Part shown: piece by piece, positions 24,001-36,565 of the stretch | Layout: every line of letters starts with the position of its first letter | Numbering within the stretch: the first letter of the stretch is position 1 | Origin: Lama glama | Lineage: Eukaryota | Direction: 5' to 3' | NCBI GenBank assembly: GCA_028534125.1 | Contig: CM052818.1 | Location: 36,644,001 to 36,708,000 of the forward strand | Length of the DNA: 64,000 bases | The notes under the pieces: model-generated | Seen by the model: the letters and a program-made list of their open reading frames with translations, nothing else | Told to the model about the DNA's origin: nothing | Database searches by the model: none | Made by a program: the position numbers and the translations under genes

Positions 24001-24826
24001 GCAGCAGAGTGGGTTCTGGTCTGTGGGGGTCATTCTGGAACTGGCCTATGGAAAGGCCAGTGACTTATTTGAGATGCTCTGGGAACCTTTCACAGTCAAG
24101 TGTGATCGAGGCTGCCCTAGGCCTTGGTTGCCTCACTGAGGTGGTCACCTGGGAGTCACTGTGACTTGGTTCTTTCAGACACACATCTGTTATAGGACCA
24201 GGTGTCAGTGAGAATGGGTGACACCCAGGGCACAGATGTGGAAAGCGAACGGTGCAGCTTGCTGGTCAGAGACAGATGGGAGCTCATTTCTGCTATTTTT
24301 CACCGAGAAGGATTTCCTTTAAGGATGTGTTGGGCCGAACTTAGGATTATTATTGTAACTTGGGACCCGCTGCTGCTGAATCGGAGATAAGTGAGATTTA
24401 TGGGAACACTCTTTTGTGAAGAACATCTCAGGTTTCAGGACTTGCAGCGATCTTCTGTACCATGAAGTGCAGTCAATCTTGCCTTTTATGAAGCGTTAAC
24501 AAGTGCCTTCGGTTCGGGGGAAAGTTCTGGAATAGACATTGCCAGCAAGTGGAATTCTGTCGGTCCCAGAGCTGACCTCAATAAAACAGCTTCCTTCTGG
24601 CAGCCCTGATGGCAGGACCCTCAGCTCTTCCTGGCCACAGGGTCCTAAGAGCGTGGAGAGCCCACTTGCCTGGTACAACCTGTAAGTGGGTGGGTGTTGG
24701 GGGCATAAGTATCAGAGCAGAACACAGGCCTAGTCTTGGTGCTCATTTGCCCCTGAAATGTGCCTATTCTCGGCTAACAGGAGATGGCTGCACCCCAGCC
24801 CCAGCTGTCTGGGCCCAGGTCAGGAG

Positions 24827-24845
24827 TGGCCAGTAGGTGGCAATA
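24827..24845 (+). promoter_or_regulatory. Candidate CTCF site
   Basis: tggccagtaggtggcaata matches core CCASYAGRKGGCRS at 13 of 14 positions. Confidence 0.5.
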
Positions 24846-25854
24846 ACTTGTGGTCACTACTGATCGGCGGCCTCCACTGTGCTGGTGACAAGGAAGAGGC
24901 TTCAGGCAGGCTTCTGCTGAGCCGCAGAAACCATCCTCCTCCATTGCTCTTAGCATTGAGCTCTGCGCTTCTTGAAAGGAACAGATCACAAACAGAAAGC
25001 TAACCCTTCCTCGAAGTCACACACCCAGTTAAACATCCTGTACTACTTTTCAGCTCTTGGGGGACTTTTGCCCAGTGTTTTGTGCCCTCCCAGCTGGAGC
25101 CTCAGTGCCCTCATTCTACGTAGCTTCAGACATTCTGCTTCTAATTTCACACCAATCACGATGCCAAGGTGGGCTGGGGCAAGAACCCTGCGTGGCCTCG
25201 GCTTTCCTGAGCATATCTGGAAACAGATGCTGAGGGCTGGGCACAGGTGGAATGCAGGAGCTGGGGTGGAGCTGGGCTTGGCAGCCGGCGGGGGCAGGGG
25301 GTGGGCTGGGGTGAAGGAAGAGCATCTTGAGGTGATGAAAGTCTTTTTGCATTCAAGGGCTTGCCAGCTTCCAACTTGCTACTTATTGCATTGAAAAATA
25401 TTCCACACGATTGAGGAACTATTTTCCAAAACAAAATGCTGGTATTCATCAGGAGGCGCGGGTTGTGCAGTGTGAACAATTCACTTTCGTTAAGTACCAT
25501 ATGGCCGCTGGTAGGAAAACGCTAACATGTTTCAACAGTACAGCTGGGGTAGGGTTCCTTTATTCACCGTGCAGATGGCTCTAATTGACATCTCTCCTAA
25601 AACAGGTCTCCAGCATTTCTGCAGGATCATTAGAGTAATTAGTTATTAAATACCATCACCACTTTTAGAGAGGGGGTCTGATCCCTGGCAACGTTCCACC
25701 GCAGTGGAACTGACAGGTCCCGGCAGAGGACAAGCCGAGAGACAGCCAACAGGAAGGGCGTGTCAGCTCCTCCTCCTTGGTGGGAAGGCCAGGGAAGGAC
25801 AAAGACCTCACTAATTCCAGAACAGCCCCTGAAGAGAAACCGGGCAACCAAAGA

Positions 25855-25955
25855 GCTCTGGACCAGGGTTCTAGAGCCAGGCTCATTGCTTCTTTAGCTG
25901 TGTGACCACATGGCATCAATCACACAGCCTCTCTGTTCTTCCCTTAAAAGGGGCC
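25855..25955 (+). mobile_element. MIR SINE fragment
   Basis: agggttctagagccaggctc...tagctgtgtgacc. Confidence 0.5.
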
Positions 25956-28900
25956 CTGAACTGCAGATCACGCCGGGTGCGAGGGAAAGAAAGAGGTCCC
26001 AGGAATGCATGCATGCCTAAGAGTTCTTCCAAAAAGTAAATAATTGTATCCAGAGGGCAATATGGGTTTAGGAAATAGCCTTTACTCTGAGCTCCTTTCC
26101 CCACTGACTGAGGGTTAATAGCATGACATTATTAGTTTAATTTCACAGTCTAATCAGTTTCCCGCATTATTGATCGAAGGACTTGGAGCGACTGTAATTT
26201 TGTAAAGCTCTCGGCTAAAGGAATAAAGATAGGTGGCTCTCAAGCTTGGGGGCCAGGTGAAGGAGCGCCTGGTCTGGTCACACAGCTCATCAGACACGGG
26301 CCACACAATCCACAAGTAAACTGTCTGCCCACTGCTGAACCACGTGGAGGTCAGAATGCCCAGACCCCACAGGGACGACAAATGGAAATGGAGCATTGGA
26401 GATGGAGACCAGCCTCGGAGAGAGCCCCTCTCTCAGGCAATACTGGAGCCCAAATCTACCTCGAATGCCATTCTGAGCCCCCACCCGGCCTGGGGCTTCA
26501 TTGTTAAACACCCTCCGTCAGCAGGGCCCCATCTGTGCGATGGAATTTTTTTTTTGTCACTTTTTCAAATCAGAATAGAAACAATTTTTAGTCTATAATT
26601 ATCATTTCTTTTCTCAACAGACAAATGTTTCCTTTTAAATTGTAGGGCGGAAAAAGCAAAGAACAACATTTTAAACCAAAGAGAAAGACTAAAATTAATT
26701 TCCTCTTTACAGAAAAATAAAATACAACAGCTCTAAGAAGCCAGGTTTTTCTTTTCCCAAAAGAGCAGCAAAAGCAACAGTGCCTTCAGTGCCAGTACTG
26801 ATGCCCATTGCTAAGAGGCAAGTCCTCGAGGGATGCTGGGAATGGGCCTGCCGACCTGCCTCCTGGACCTGATCGCCTAGGGGCTGGGCTGCTCCTGGTG
26901 TCTGAGCTCACTTGGGATGAACCATGTGAAGCCCTCGGTTCGGATGGAGGGTCCCAGGAGTCAGGGTCCAGGCCTGGAGTCTACCAGTTGGCGCTAGTTT
27001 CTTCATCTCTGAAACGGGATTTTACATTTCACATTTACATTTCACAGCGTCGCTGGGAGGATCAACCTTCCTCCTTCGGGCTAAGTGCTTTGGGAGTCTG
27101 AAGCACTGAACAAACCCTGCTGCTTTCACGGCACAGTCGAGACTAACCAGACTCACTGTCAAGACAGAGCCCAGCTTGGATCCTTTCTCTGCCAGCGAGC
27201 TCCTCCTCCCACTGGGAGGAGCCAGCCCCCCCCCACTGGGAGAAGCCCGCCCCCCCCCCCCTCCCCGGTCCCGGCTCTCACACTCAGCCCGCGTGCAGCA
27301 GGACAGGCGTGTGCCTCCTGAGTGCACCCGAAGTGCAAGGCACGGCCCAGGCTTTCAGTGCCCAGGACCAGTGTTGATGGGGTGAGCTGAGGGGGTGCTT
27401 TCCGAGGGCGGCTGGGAGGGAGGCGAAGCAAGCTGCCTCGGTGGAGGAGCTGAAAGGAGTTCAGTGTGGCGGGAACAGCCTGCTCAGGCGGGGAAGTGCG
27501 CGTTTCCTCTGGATGAGGAGGGTCACAGGTTTCCTAGTCTGGTTTCAGAACTGGCAACAAAGGGTGAAGACGGTTCAACTCTCCCATCCCCAAGGCCACC
27601 TTCCAGGCTCCTCAGTAGGAAGGGGCACGACCCCCGTCCACAAACGCGCTCTCCCGGTTCAGTGTGGGCGCTGCTGACCCCACTCCTGTTCCTCTGCATA
27701 AACCCCATCACGGGCTCGCCATCACCCAGGGCTGCGCTGGAAAATGTTGAACAGCCAGCTCAGGGGGTGCTCGGGGACAAAACAAACAAAACCAGCTAGA
27801 CCCTAATTCGCAGCATTTGCCTGTCTCTGTTGTATACACATTCCCACTTCAGACTGCAAGCTACCAAAAGGATGTCACAGAACCCAGAGCTGGGAAGAGA
27901 TGTTGATACTGGGCTCTCGGGAGCCACCAAGCCAGCCCCAGCTCCGCATACTCACGGGACTTGTGACGGAGTGTGGAGGGTGAGGCCACAGAGATGTTGC
28001 CCCAAGGCTGCTCTGCTGCTGCTCCGTGACAGGAAGACCCCGCTCCCGGCGGCAGAGAGCAGAGCTGGCCACCACACTGCCACGCTCCCGTCTCTCCCTG
28101 CTCTGACCCTCAGAGGCTCTGATCCATCAGATCATGTCCAAACACCTCACCTGGCTTTCATGTCTTTTCACACCTGGCACACTCCCCAGGCTCTTGTCCC
28201 TCTGTCCCTGCAGAGGCCCCTGCACCAGCCTCCCTGTCTCCTCCTGATTCCCAGTCACACCTCGGCTACCCCACTACATGGTTCCCTCTGCCTGTGACAC
28301 CTCCCCTCCTGCATTCCCTCACTAAACCGTTCCTGTCCTTTAAGGCTGAACATCCCCAGGCCCTGCACCTGCTGGCAGTGAACCCCACGGTGCACACAGC
28401 AGGCCCCTGCTTGACTGCGCTCACTGAGCACCTCCTGCAGAACAAGGACTCGAGGCCTGCTGCTTGATGAGCCAACACTTCTCAGGGAGGCATACCGAGT
28501 CAAGGTTCTTCCTGACCTGACTTTACTTTCTGAGCTTTGGAGACTCCCTCTCAGGGAGGCAGAGGAGGCCAAGTATGAGGGTCCAAGGTCCATGCTTCCC
28601 ACAACTTGGGCCCAGGGATCTCAAGGACTCACTTGCCACGGCCAGGGAAGGCCGGAGAGGTGGCTGGGTGACATCGGGAGGGAGCTTAGCGGCTGCCCCG
28701 GCTGCAGCGGGACTCCTGTGGCAGAGACACAGGATCCCTTTAACAGGTGGAAAAAAGCAACTGGGTGTCCTGCACACCTGATAGCTTTCCAAAAATAGCT
28801 GGTGGGCCCTGGCCCTGCGGACTTGCCTCTGGGTAGGGGCAGGGGCTGGGGCTTGCGGCTATGTGATTACTAAGTTTCCGAGGAAGGAGGCAAGTCACGG

Positions 28901-29662
28901 CTGGTTCTATACCTTACTGTCTCTGGCCACGCCCAAGCTCAGGACTGGGGTCCAGGCCTGGCCCATCACCTCCAGCTCAGCTCTGCCCCACCGCCTGGGG
29001 GAAGGAACTTGTCTGCTGGTCATGTGGGGGAGGTAGGGAGACTGTCCAGAGCAGATGCCAGCGGGCTCTGGGCACCATTTCTTCTTGGCCAAAGGACCTG
29101 GGTACAGAGACATTCTCCTCAAACCAAGGCACTGACAGCATCGAACAGAAATGTCATGATCTGAAGCCATGTGGCGTAGGAGGAAGCAAGAAAAGAAGAA
29201 AGGAATTCTCCAGGCTGAGCCCCAGAAATCTCCTCTGCCCTCCTTGGGGGCCAGGCTCAGGGACAAGCAGTGGGCAGAGGAACAAAGGGAGAACTCTTTT
29301 CTTTCGGACGCAGGCCTGGCCTTTGCCTTCTTCGCTCCCAGAGCTCTGTCTCCTTTGGTGCTCTCCTCCCTCCTCTGTGTCTACACGGAACACTTAGCTC
29401 TTGGCACCCTGAAGTCATGTGTTCAGCCTCCCGTCCCCTGGACCAGAACCATGGGCTGCACCTGGGCTCTCTGCTGGCTCAGGGAAATCTTTTAAAAACA
29501 AATCCCACTCATTAAAAGTAACAGTGTGCATTCTCGCCGGTCGGAATTTTGGAGATCCCTAAGTCACCCAGCTGAGAACCAGTCTGAGAGGCGGTGAGTA
29601 AAAACTTACAGGGAGAAAAATTACTGCCAAATAGGATCCCTAGCAAATATAAATCCGCTCCC

Positions 29663-29666
<4 letters not shown>

Positions 29667-29698
<32 letters not shown>
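29667..29698. repeat. (CA)n microsatellite
   Basis: Read directly. Confidence 0.95.
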
Positions 29699-29699
<1 letters not shown>

Positions 29700-29929
29700 C
29701 TGGAAGATGCCTTTCTAACTCTTACCGAGAGGCAAGGAACCTGGGAGGCTTGTGCTTTCCCGAACATTTTCATATCAAGTGTTCTCCTCTCCCTGCGAGG
29801 TCCTTCAGATACTCTGACTTTTAAGGACAGTTTTCTCACTGGGTCTTGCGAAGGATACACAGCATTGCTTATGCTAAAAAAGGTGGCAAGGCCAGCAAAG
29901 AAACGGACGGAACAGATAGAACCAGAGAG

Positions 29930-30430
29930 AGCGATTCCCCATACCGCCGTCCCTCCCCCGGCCCCCAGCCCTTCTCCCTGCTGAAGATCACAAACGCCCG
30001 GCACGTTCCCCCTCACTGTCTGTGCTGAGATCCTGTTGCTGAAATGTGATGCTTGGCCCACTGACCTGCCAGCTGCGCAGCACCCTGGCACCAGGGCCCC
30101 GCGAGCCCCCACCCGTGAGCGGGGAACATCTATCACCGTGACTCGGCAGCTGCAGCCCTGCGGTTCCCCGCGGTGCCTCTTCCGCGCAGCATCTCCAGCT
30201 CGCGCAGCCCCTCTGAGCACCAGCTTCTGCTCGGAGCCCAGGCGGGCCCAGCGGGCACCTGTGCCACTGCGGTGTTGTCTGCCCTCGGGGACGGCTCGGG
30301 TTTGGTGTAGTGGAAAGAGATGCAGATGAGGAGCCAGGCACTTGGTTTGGGCGGGCCCTGACACTCCCTCACGGAGCTCGGAGCAGGTCACAAGTCGCCC
30401 CCTCTTTCCGGCATCAGCTTCCTTCTCTGC
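29930..30430. promoter_or_regulatory. CpG-enriched GC-rich patch (weak CpG-island-like)
   Basis: Visibly higher CG density than flanks (ccccgcgagc, cggttccccgcggtg, ttccgcgcagc, ctcgcgcagc); observed/expected ratio not computed. Confidence 0.45.
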
Positions 30431-30555
30431 GAAATGGGAATACTCGGGGGCAACTCTACCCACCTCAAGAGGTGTCACGGGGGAAAGGAAATGCAGTATG
30501 GGGAAGGGATTTGGAAGAGTGAAGCGTGCTAGTAAAAAAGTTCGTTATCATTACA
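30380..30555 (+). mobile_element. MIR SINE
   Basis: caagtcgccccctctttccggcatcagcttccttctctgcgaaatgggaata...ctacccacctcaagagg...ttatcatta. Confidence 0.65.
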
Positions 30556-31669
30556 GAGCAGGGCTAAAGGTGTCCAGGCAAACTCCCCAAAGAGGCACAA
30601 GGCTTCCTCTGTGATAATCTCTGTATGAGATGGGTACTTACTTCAAGGTTCCTGTTCCCGCTTTGCTAACAGGAATTGTAGAATCACTGCCAAGTCCAAG
30701 CGGTACAAACAGCAAATAATCACTTGGACGAGAAGCCTGTTGAAATGCGTCTTTGCTGGGCACAAGGTCGGCCGGCAGCCTGGCCCATAAATCAGCACTC
30801 CCTCCTTAGTTCATTGGCTCTTACAAGGAGACGGGCTCAGTTAGACTCAGACACTTCGCAGCTCCTACTACCCTCCCTTGCACACAGTAGGGATTTAGAC
30901 AGTGCTTGTTGAACTGATTACCGCAGAGACAGCTGGAAGTGTGAGCGGGCAAAACCCTGCCCACTCAAATTGGAGACTTACTCCATAACGTGCGGCAAGG
31001 GGCCAAATCCGAATCAGACAGGACTTGAGGCTGTAGCAGGCGGGGCAGTTCATTCTGCAGCCTTGGCTGAAAGGGATTTCAGGGGGCAGGAGGGCGGAGA
31101 GAGGTCAGAATTAACATCCTTACTGTATTATGTTGCAGCAGTGATAAGACTAAAATTTTAGGATTTTCTTAATGAGACTCCTGCATTCACTGGTTTTCCT
31201 TATCAGCACTGGCAAGAACCACAGTTTTGCATTTCTGTCCTTTGCTTTAGAAAGGAGGAAGGATCATAGGAGGGATTTGAAAACTCACTCTGGAGAATAA
31301 CTACACGCGTCCTTTCTGCTCTCCCTGAGGAACGCGGTCCTCGGCCCCCGGCCCTGCTCTGGAAGTGCTGCGCAGTTACCCACCTGCATCCAGGCAGTAA
31401 GCTCGCCCCGTTCAGAGTCCGCTGAACAAAATGCGGATTGGGGCTGGGGAAGGAAGCAGTGGAAGTCAGAATGCCGGGCAGTTCGAAATGCCTCTGCCCT
31501 CCCTCTCCTGCCCCAAGCTCTTTTACCACCAAAGGTCCAGAACCACCCCCAAGGGGCAGGGACACAGGTTCTGACCCTGGGCTCTGCAGAGACAGCTGCT
31601 ATGGGGGCAGCTCTTTGAAGATGGCGATCAGGGCAACTGCAAAGTCAAGGCCATAGCACAAGTCCTCGC

Positions 31670-31850
31670 ATCTACGTGGCACTTGCTGCCTCTCTGGGGT
31701 GGAGTTTACTCTCTGTGCAAACTCTGTCAGGTACTGGGGGCACAGCCACACCCCCATTTGACAGAGGTGCAGCCTGGCCCTTAGAGATGGTAGATGACTT
31801 GGCACCCCCTAGCGAGAGCTGACACAGGAGTCAGGAATAGAAGCAGGGGG
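31670..31850 (-). mobile_element. MIR SINE, decayed
   Basis: cccccatttgacagagg...agagatggtagatgacttggc...ggagtcaggaatagaagcagg. Confidence 0.5.
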
Positions 31851-31852
31851 TT

Positions 31853-31987
31853 GGGGGGGAAGGGTAGAGCTCAGTGGCAGAGCACATGCTTAGCATGCAC
31901 AAGGCCCTGGGTTCAATCTCTAGTAACTCCACTGAAAAAAAAAAAAAGATAAAAAAACCCTAAAAAACAAAAACAAAAACAAAAACA
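31853..31987 (+). mobile_element. tRNA-Ala-derived SINE, Vic-1-like, copy 2
   Basis: gggggggaagggtagagctcagtggcagagcacatgcttagcatgcacaaggccctgggttcaatctctagtaactcca followed by poly-A and (CAAAAA)n tail. Confidence 0.85.
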
Positions 31988-33034
31988 TTAGAAGGTAGGG
32001 GTCCAGAATTAGGGCTGGGGTGGAGGAGACCAGACCACCTCCTCAGGGCCTGGGCCGTGGGCTCCTCCTCTTGCACTCCAGGGCCTTGGGTCCCCTGAGG
32101 GCCAGCAGCCCACACTGTGGGGAGAAAACCTGAAAGGGCTGCTCACCTTCCCACCTCACCCACTTGGATGACTATCCAACCCTGCAAAAAAGTGTCTTTT
32201 TTTTTTTTTCCTGATCAGATTACCAGGAGGTGAAAGTTCTCCAGTCTGCCCAGAAATAAGGAAGAGCTGTCCTTCCTTTACCCCAAAGAGAGCCACAAGT
32301 CAAGGAGCAGTCAGAACTGTAGAACAAGCAAACCAGGTGGCATCGTGGTGCAGAAGCTCCTTGATCATGGGAAAGCCTCAGCACCCTTGTTTGTGGTCTG
32401 TGAGTGCTTCCTTTGCACACAGTTCTAATGTGCAGTCCACAGCAGGTGAGCGGGTGCTGTTGCTTCGGGCAAGACAAGGACTGTAGCAAGTTTCATGGAT
32501 GAGAGTGATAGGAGAGGCAGAAAGACGATGGGAAACGGGGGCACAAGCTCAGAAAACACAGCAGCCTTTGGTCACTCAGTTCAGGGACAAACCTCCCACC
32601 TGCCACCACGGCCCCAACCCTGCAGCATCAGGGCATCTCTGCTCTGGAATTCCGTAGAGCCTGTGTCTTGGCTCGGACATTTACCATCTGTGTGTTCTTG
32701 AGCTTGAATTCTTGGACGCCCTGTTCCTTCCTAGGCAGTGGGGGTACAAGTGGCTCCCACGCTCAGCTGTGGGGAGGAGACTGCGGTCAAGTGCTTGGGG
32801 GACAGGGCATGGGTCGCGCAGAGGCTGTGCCTCTCCATGCATCATGCCTTGGAAGAGGGGCGTGTGTGAGCTGTTCCTTCAGAAGGATTTACCCAACTTG
32901 GTTAAAATAAAAGAAAGTTAGGGTTTACTGGGGGTAAACCTGGCAGAGAGAAGAAGACCCAGGGGAGAAGCTAGAGGAAGGGTGGGTGGGCATGAGGAAA
33001 GGCGCTGCCGGCCGACCCCATCACCTACGGAATC

Positions 33035-33190
33035 CCTGTGGGTGCCAGGCACCGGATAGGGTGCTTGACGTGTTACCTAATTCCATCCTCTGGACTGGGC
33101 TGTAGTTCTTACAAAACTCCATTTTACAGATGAAAGATCTTACACAGGAGTGAAGACACGTTCCTAGGGTTACAAAGCTCATCAGGGCGA
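33035..33190 (-). mobile_element. MIR SINE
   Basis: gtgccaggcacc...ctccattttacagatgaaaga...cctagggttacaaagct. Confidence 0.65.
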
Positions 33191-34469
33191 TCCGAATGCA
33201 TAGATATCTGAGTCTGAAGCCAGTTTCTCAACCCCACAACACAAAGGGAGGAAGCGAGGGAGGTGCTTCGCAGCTACTCCACGGGGAGGCATTTGCAGAT
33301 GTCTGGGAGGAGGCGGACAAGAGCAGCGGCCGCCTTGAGGGCCTGGGCAGACTGGATGCCGGGAAAAGGGGCCATAGGGGTAGGCTGCACTGACAGCATC
33401 AGTGTACCACGAAGAAGGCCTGATCCTGAACCCTCCTGTGAGGTCCAAGTGTCAGTCCTAGGGGAAGCAAGTCTACCTGGAAACTCCCAGAACACAAACC
33501 TCACCTCCAAGTCTGCTGTGTAGGAGCCCCTTCCCTTTCTTCTGCAGGTCGGGCCAGCTAGAAGGCCTCGGGCCCACAGCCTCCTCCAGGGGTCCTTCAG
33601 GATTGCCAAAGGGTGGGTCCTCTTGTGGGGGCGCCCTACGTCAGCTCCCTCCCCCATCACTCCCTATACCCACCCTGACCCAGCTTCTTTGCCCCAGATG
33701 GCTGGCAGGGAGGAGGGACAGAGGACACAGGACCCTCCATCATAAACCCTTCTACTTCTCATTGTCTGGTTTGTGTATCCAGCAAAGAAACACACCTACC
33801 AAACAAACGGTGGCGGGAGGGAGCCATGTCTTTGTAAACTGTGGGTAGTAATCAGAATTTGTATCCAGAGAAAAATGACAATTGTGGAAACCCTACATGC
33901 AGCCTGAACTCTGGTTTATGATAATGTAACATTTCCAGCAATACTATTCAGGGAGGCAAGAGAGATGAAAATGAACTGAACTTTATTCGGGGATCTCATT
34001 ACTATGAGAATGGTTCCTTTTGCTAAAGTATAGAAATATCTAGAACGAGGATATGTGTTGGCCTAGGAAAAAAAATGTGTGAAAAAGTGACCTTACAGCA
34101 TGGGGAAACTTTTATGTGCTACAATACAGAAGTTTGTTTCCCGCTAATGAGTGGGGGTATGTAAATAGTCCACTGAAAGGAAAGATCTGTGTAATTCATC
34201 ACTGGCATCTACCCTTCCCAGTGCGCTTTGGCGGTCTCACGGTCTTGGGACGCAGGGAACAGGAGTCAGGGCAGTGGCCTGGCCTTGACCTCCAGCAAGG
34301 GGTGAGGGGTATGCCAGTGAGTCTACAACTTGGATTCCAGCACAAGCAAACAGGCTTCCTTTGTCCTCCCTTTCCCTGTTGCCCACATCCAAGGCTTTGT
34401 TTTTGTTTTAAGTGGTCAATGAATCAGAGAAAGCCAGCCTGAAAGGCTCCTGGAGGCTCCTCTCCCTCC

Positions 34470-34540
34470 AGCCCTCCTATTGCACAGATTAGGAAACTGA
34501 GGTCCTGGGAGGCACAGGCACTTGCCCTGGATCTCATGAA
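34470..34540 (-). mobile_element. MIR core fragment
   Basis: attgcacagattaggaaactgaggtcc...acttgccc. Confidence 0.55.
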
Positions 34541-35887
34541 ACTGCAGAGGCTAACCTTGAGAAAATTACCACAATACACACCCCCATCCAATACTCCAAT
34601 TCCAGAGCGTGTTTGACCCAGGGCTTCACCCTCCCCTGGAGTGGCCACTGATCCCCTTCAAGGAAACACAGAGGTCTTCAGCTCCATCCTGCAACCCCTG
34701 TGTCTCCTTTAGCTGGCTTCTCCCTTGGGAAGGTGATACTGAGAGGTGGCTTATGCGGACACCCTCTCTGCTGACAGCCCTCGGTCAGGGTGACACCCCA
34801 AGCCCAGTCCTGTTGCAGGGCTGGCTGTGACAGCTGGGCACACACAGGGCCTGGTGGGGGGCTTAGAGGTGTCCCAGGCTTTATATAGGCCAGAGGGTGC
34901 CAAGGTGTGTGCCCCAGCACTCCAGGAGGGCTGCACTGGGGGCTGGGCCTGGGGACGGGCCACACTGGGATGGAGGAGACACACGGATGTAGTGGAATCC
35001 CATTAGGAGAGAAACAGAAACCACGAGAGTCTGGTATCCTCTCGTGGTCTGCATGTGGAAGAGATGTGAGAAGAACTTGGAAAGGCTGATGATTTCAAAT
35101 TTAGTATATATTGAGTCCTTTTAAAAAATTTCTGTCAAATTGCTTATATTGCTAAGTTTAAAGAAAAGAGAAGTCTGCAGATGGTAGACCCCTGGACCAA
35201 AAGAGAGAGACTAAGAAAGGGCACTACTCACCCTGGCCCCTGGACACGGGGCAGGGAAGCACACCCAGGACACTCTGCATGCATCCTCCCTGTGGACCTT
35301 GCAGCCTCAGTGCCATGCCTGCACCCTCTCCCAGACAGGCAGAGGCCTGTCAGTCACCAGCCTACCCTAGCCCACTCTGCCACTTGTTCCCTAAAGCTCT
35401 ACTGTCCACTGTCCTCAGAGCCACAGGTGTGGATGCTCAGGGGTTGGGGGAGTTGGTTCTGCACCCAGGCCCTACTGCCCCAGCCCAGATCAGACCCCAA
35501 GGGCCTTGGAAGCAGGGGTTCTGTGCACTAATTCCTCCTCAGCCTCCCCAGGGTCCAGACCAAGCCTCTGGTGGATTTGCTGATTGGCCAGCTGGCTCGA
35601 GGGTCCACTCTCAGATCCTGACTTGTAAGAAGCTTGAATTCCAAAAAGCCAACCAGCTGTTCGTAACTCCGATTGTACTTCCCTGCAGAGTCAAAGCCAT
35701 CAGTGGTCGTGGGCCTGTCCGTTTCCACCACAGAGGCCGATATCTAGCTAGCTTGCTGAGCGATGGCGCCAAAGCCCAAATCTGCCCCTGGGGGCGCAGG
35801 GAGTGCAAGGTCGGTGGGAGGAGGAAGAGAGGGAAGGGGTCCGCTTTGTTTCTGGGTGCAGGCAGTGAGTTTGGCCAATTTAGCATT

Positions 35888-35890
<3 letters not shown>

Positions 35891-35933
<43 letters not shown>
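35891..35933. repeat. (GT)n microsatellite
   Basis: Read directly. Confidence 0.95.
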
Positions 35934-35935
<2 letters not shown>

Positions 35936-36195
35936 CTAAGGGGAGACGTCGAAATCAGTGAACCTGGAAGCTGACACTTGGGCCTGTTAAGTGCACTTAC
36001 TGCGCTGCGTGGAAGGTGTTGTGTGACCAGTGGCTCCCAGTTGGCCAGCAAGCCCACAGCCCCAGAGATGAGGATCTCCTGGAAGTGGGTCCTGCCTTCT
36101 CTTCCCACTTCCTCTACTGCTCTGCTACCAGGCTGGACAGGGCAGGAGGGATCCATACGTTACCCTGAAGCTCAGATTTAGGCGCCTCGGAGTTG

Positions 36196-36565
36196 TGTTA
36201 AGTGAACTAAGATAGAGAAAGACAAATACTATGTGATGTCCCTTATATGTGGAATCTTAAAAAATGCAACAAACTAGTGAATATAACAAAAAAGAAGCAG
36301 ATTGACAGATTTAGAGAACAAACTAGTGCTACCAATGGGGGGGCAGAGGCAATATAGGGGTAGAGGATTAAGAGGTACAAACTACTATGTAGAACATAAA
36401 TCAGCTACAAGGCTATGTTGTTCAACACGGGGAATATAGCCAATATTTTATAATGACTATAAATGGAGTATAACCTTTAAAAATTGTGAATCACTGTACT
36501 GTACACTAGTAACATATATAATATTGTACATCAATATACTTCAATAAGAATTTAAAAAATAAAAG
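36196..36565 (+). mobile_element. 5'-truncated L1 3' end (laurasiatherian/cetartiodactyl type, relatively young)
   Basis: agagaaagacaaatactatgtgatgtcccttatatgtggaatct...agagaacaaactagtg...gaatatagccaatattttataatgactataaatggagtataacctttaaaaattgtgaatcact...tatacttcaataa plus A-rich end. Confidence 0.9.

Noticed and set aside
29621..30478. Longest ORF (285 aa, minus strand)
   Set aside because: It begins in a MIR, ends through a (CA)n repeat (CVCVCV), has a non-ATG start and low-complexity R/G/A composition; a chance ORF in GC-rich DNA.
33528..33618. Possible plus-strand exon (ccttccctttcttctgcag|...|gtgggt)
   Set aside because: Weak donor, 65-nt length, unrecognisable peptide and no neighbouring exons.
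34878..34889. CArG box
   Set aside because: ctttatatagg does not fit CC(A/T)6GG.
35279..36156. 231-aa and 181-aa ORFs
   Set aside because: Both read through the (GT)n microsatellite and show no recognisable domain.
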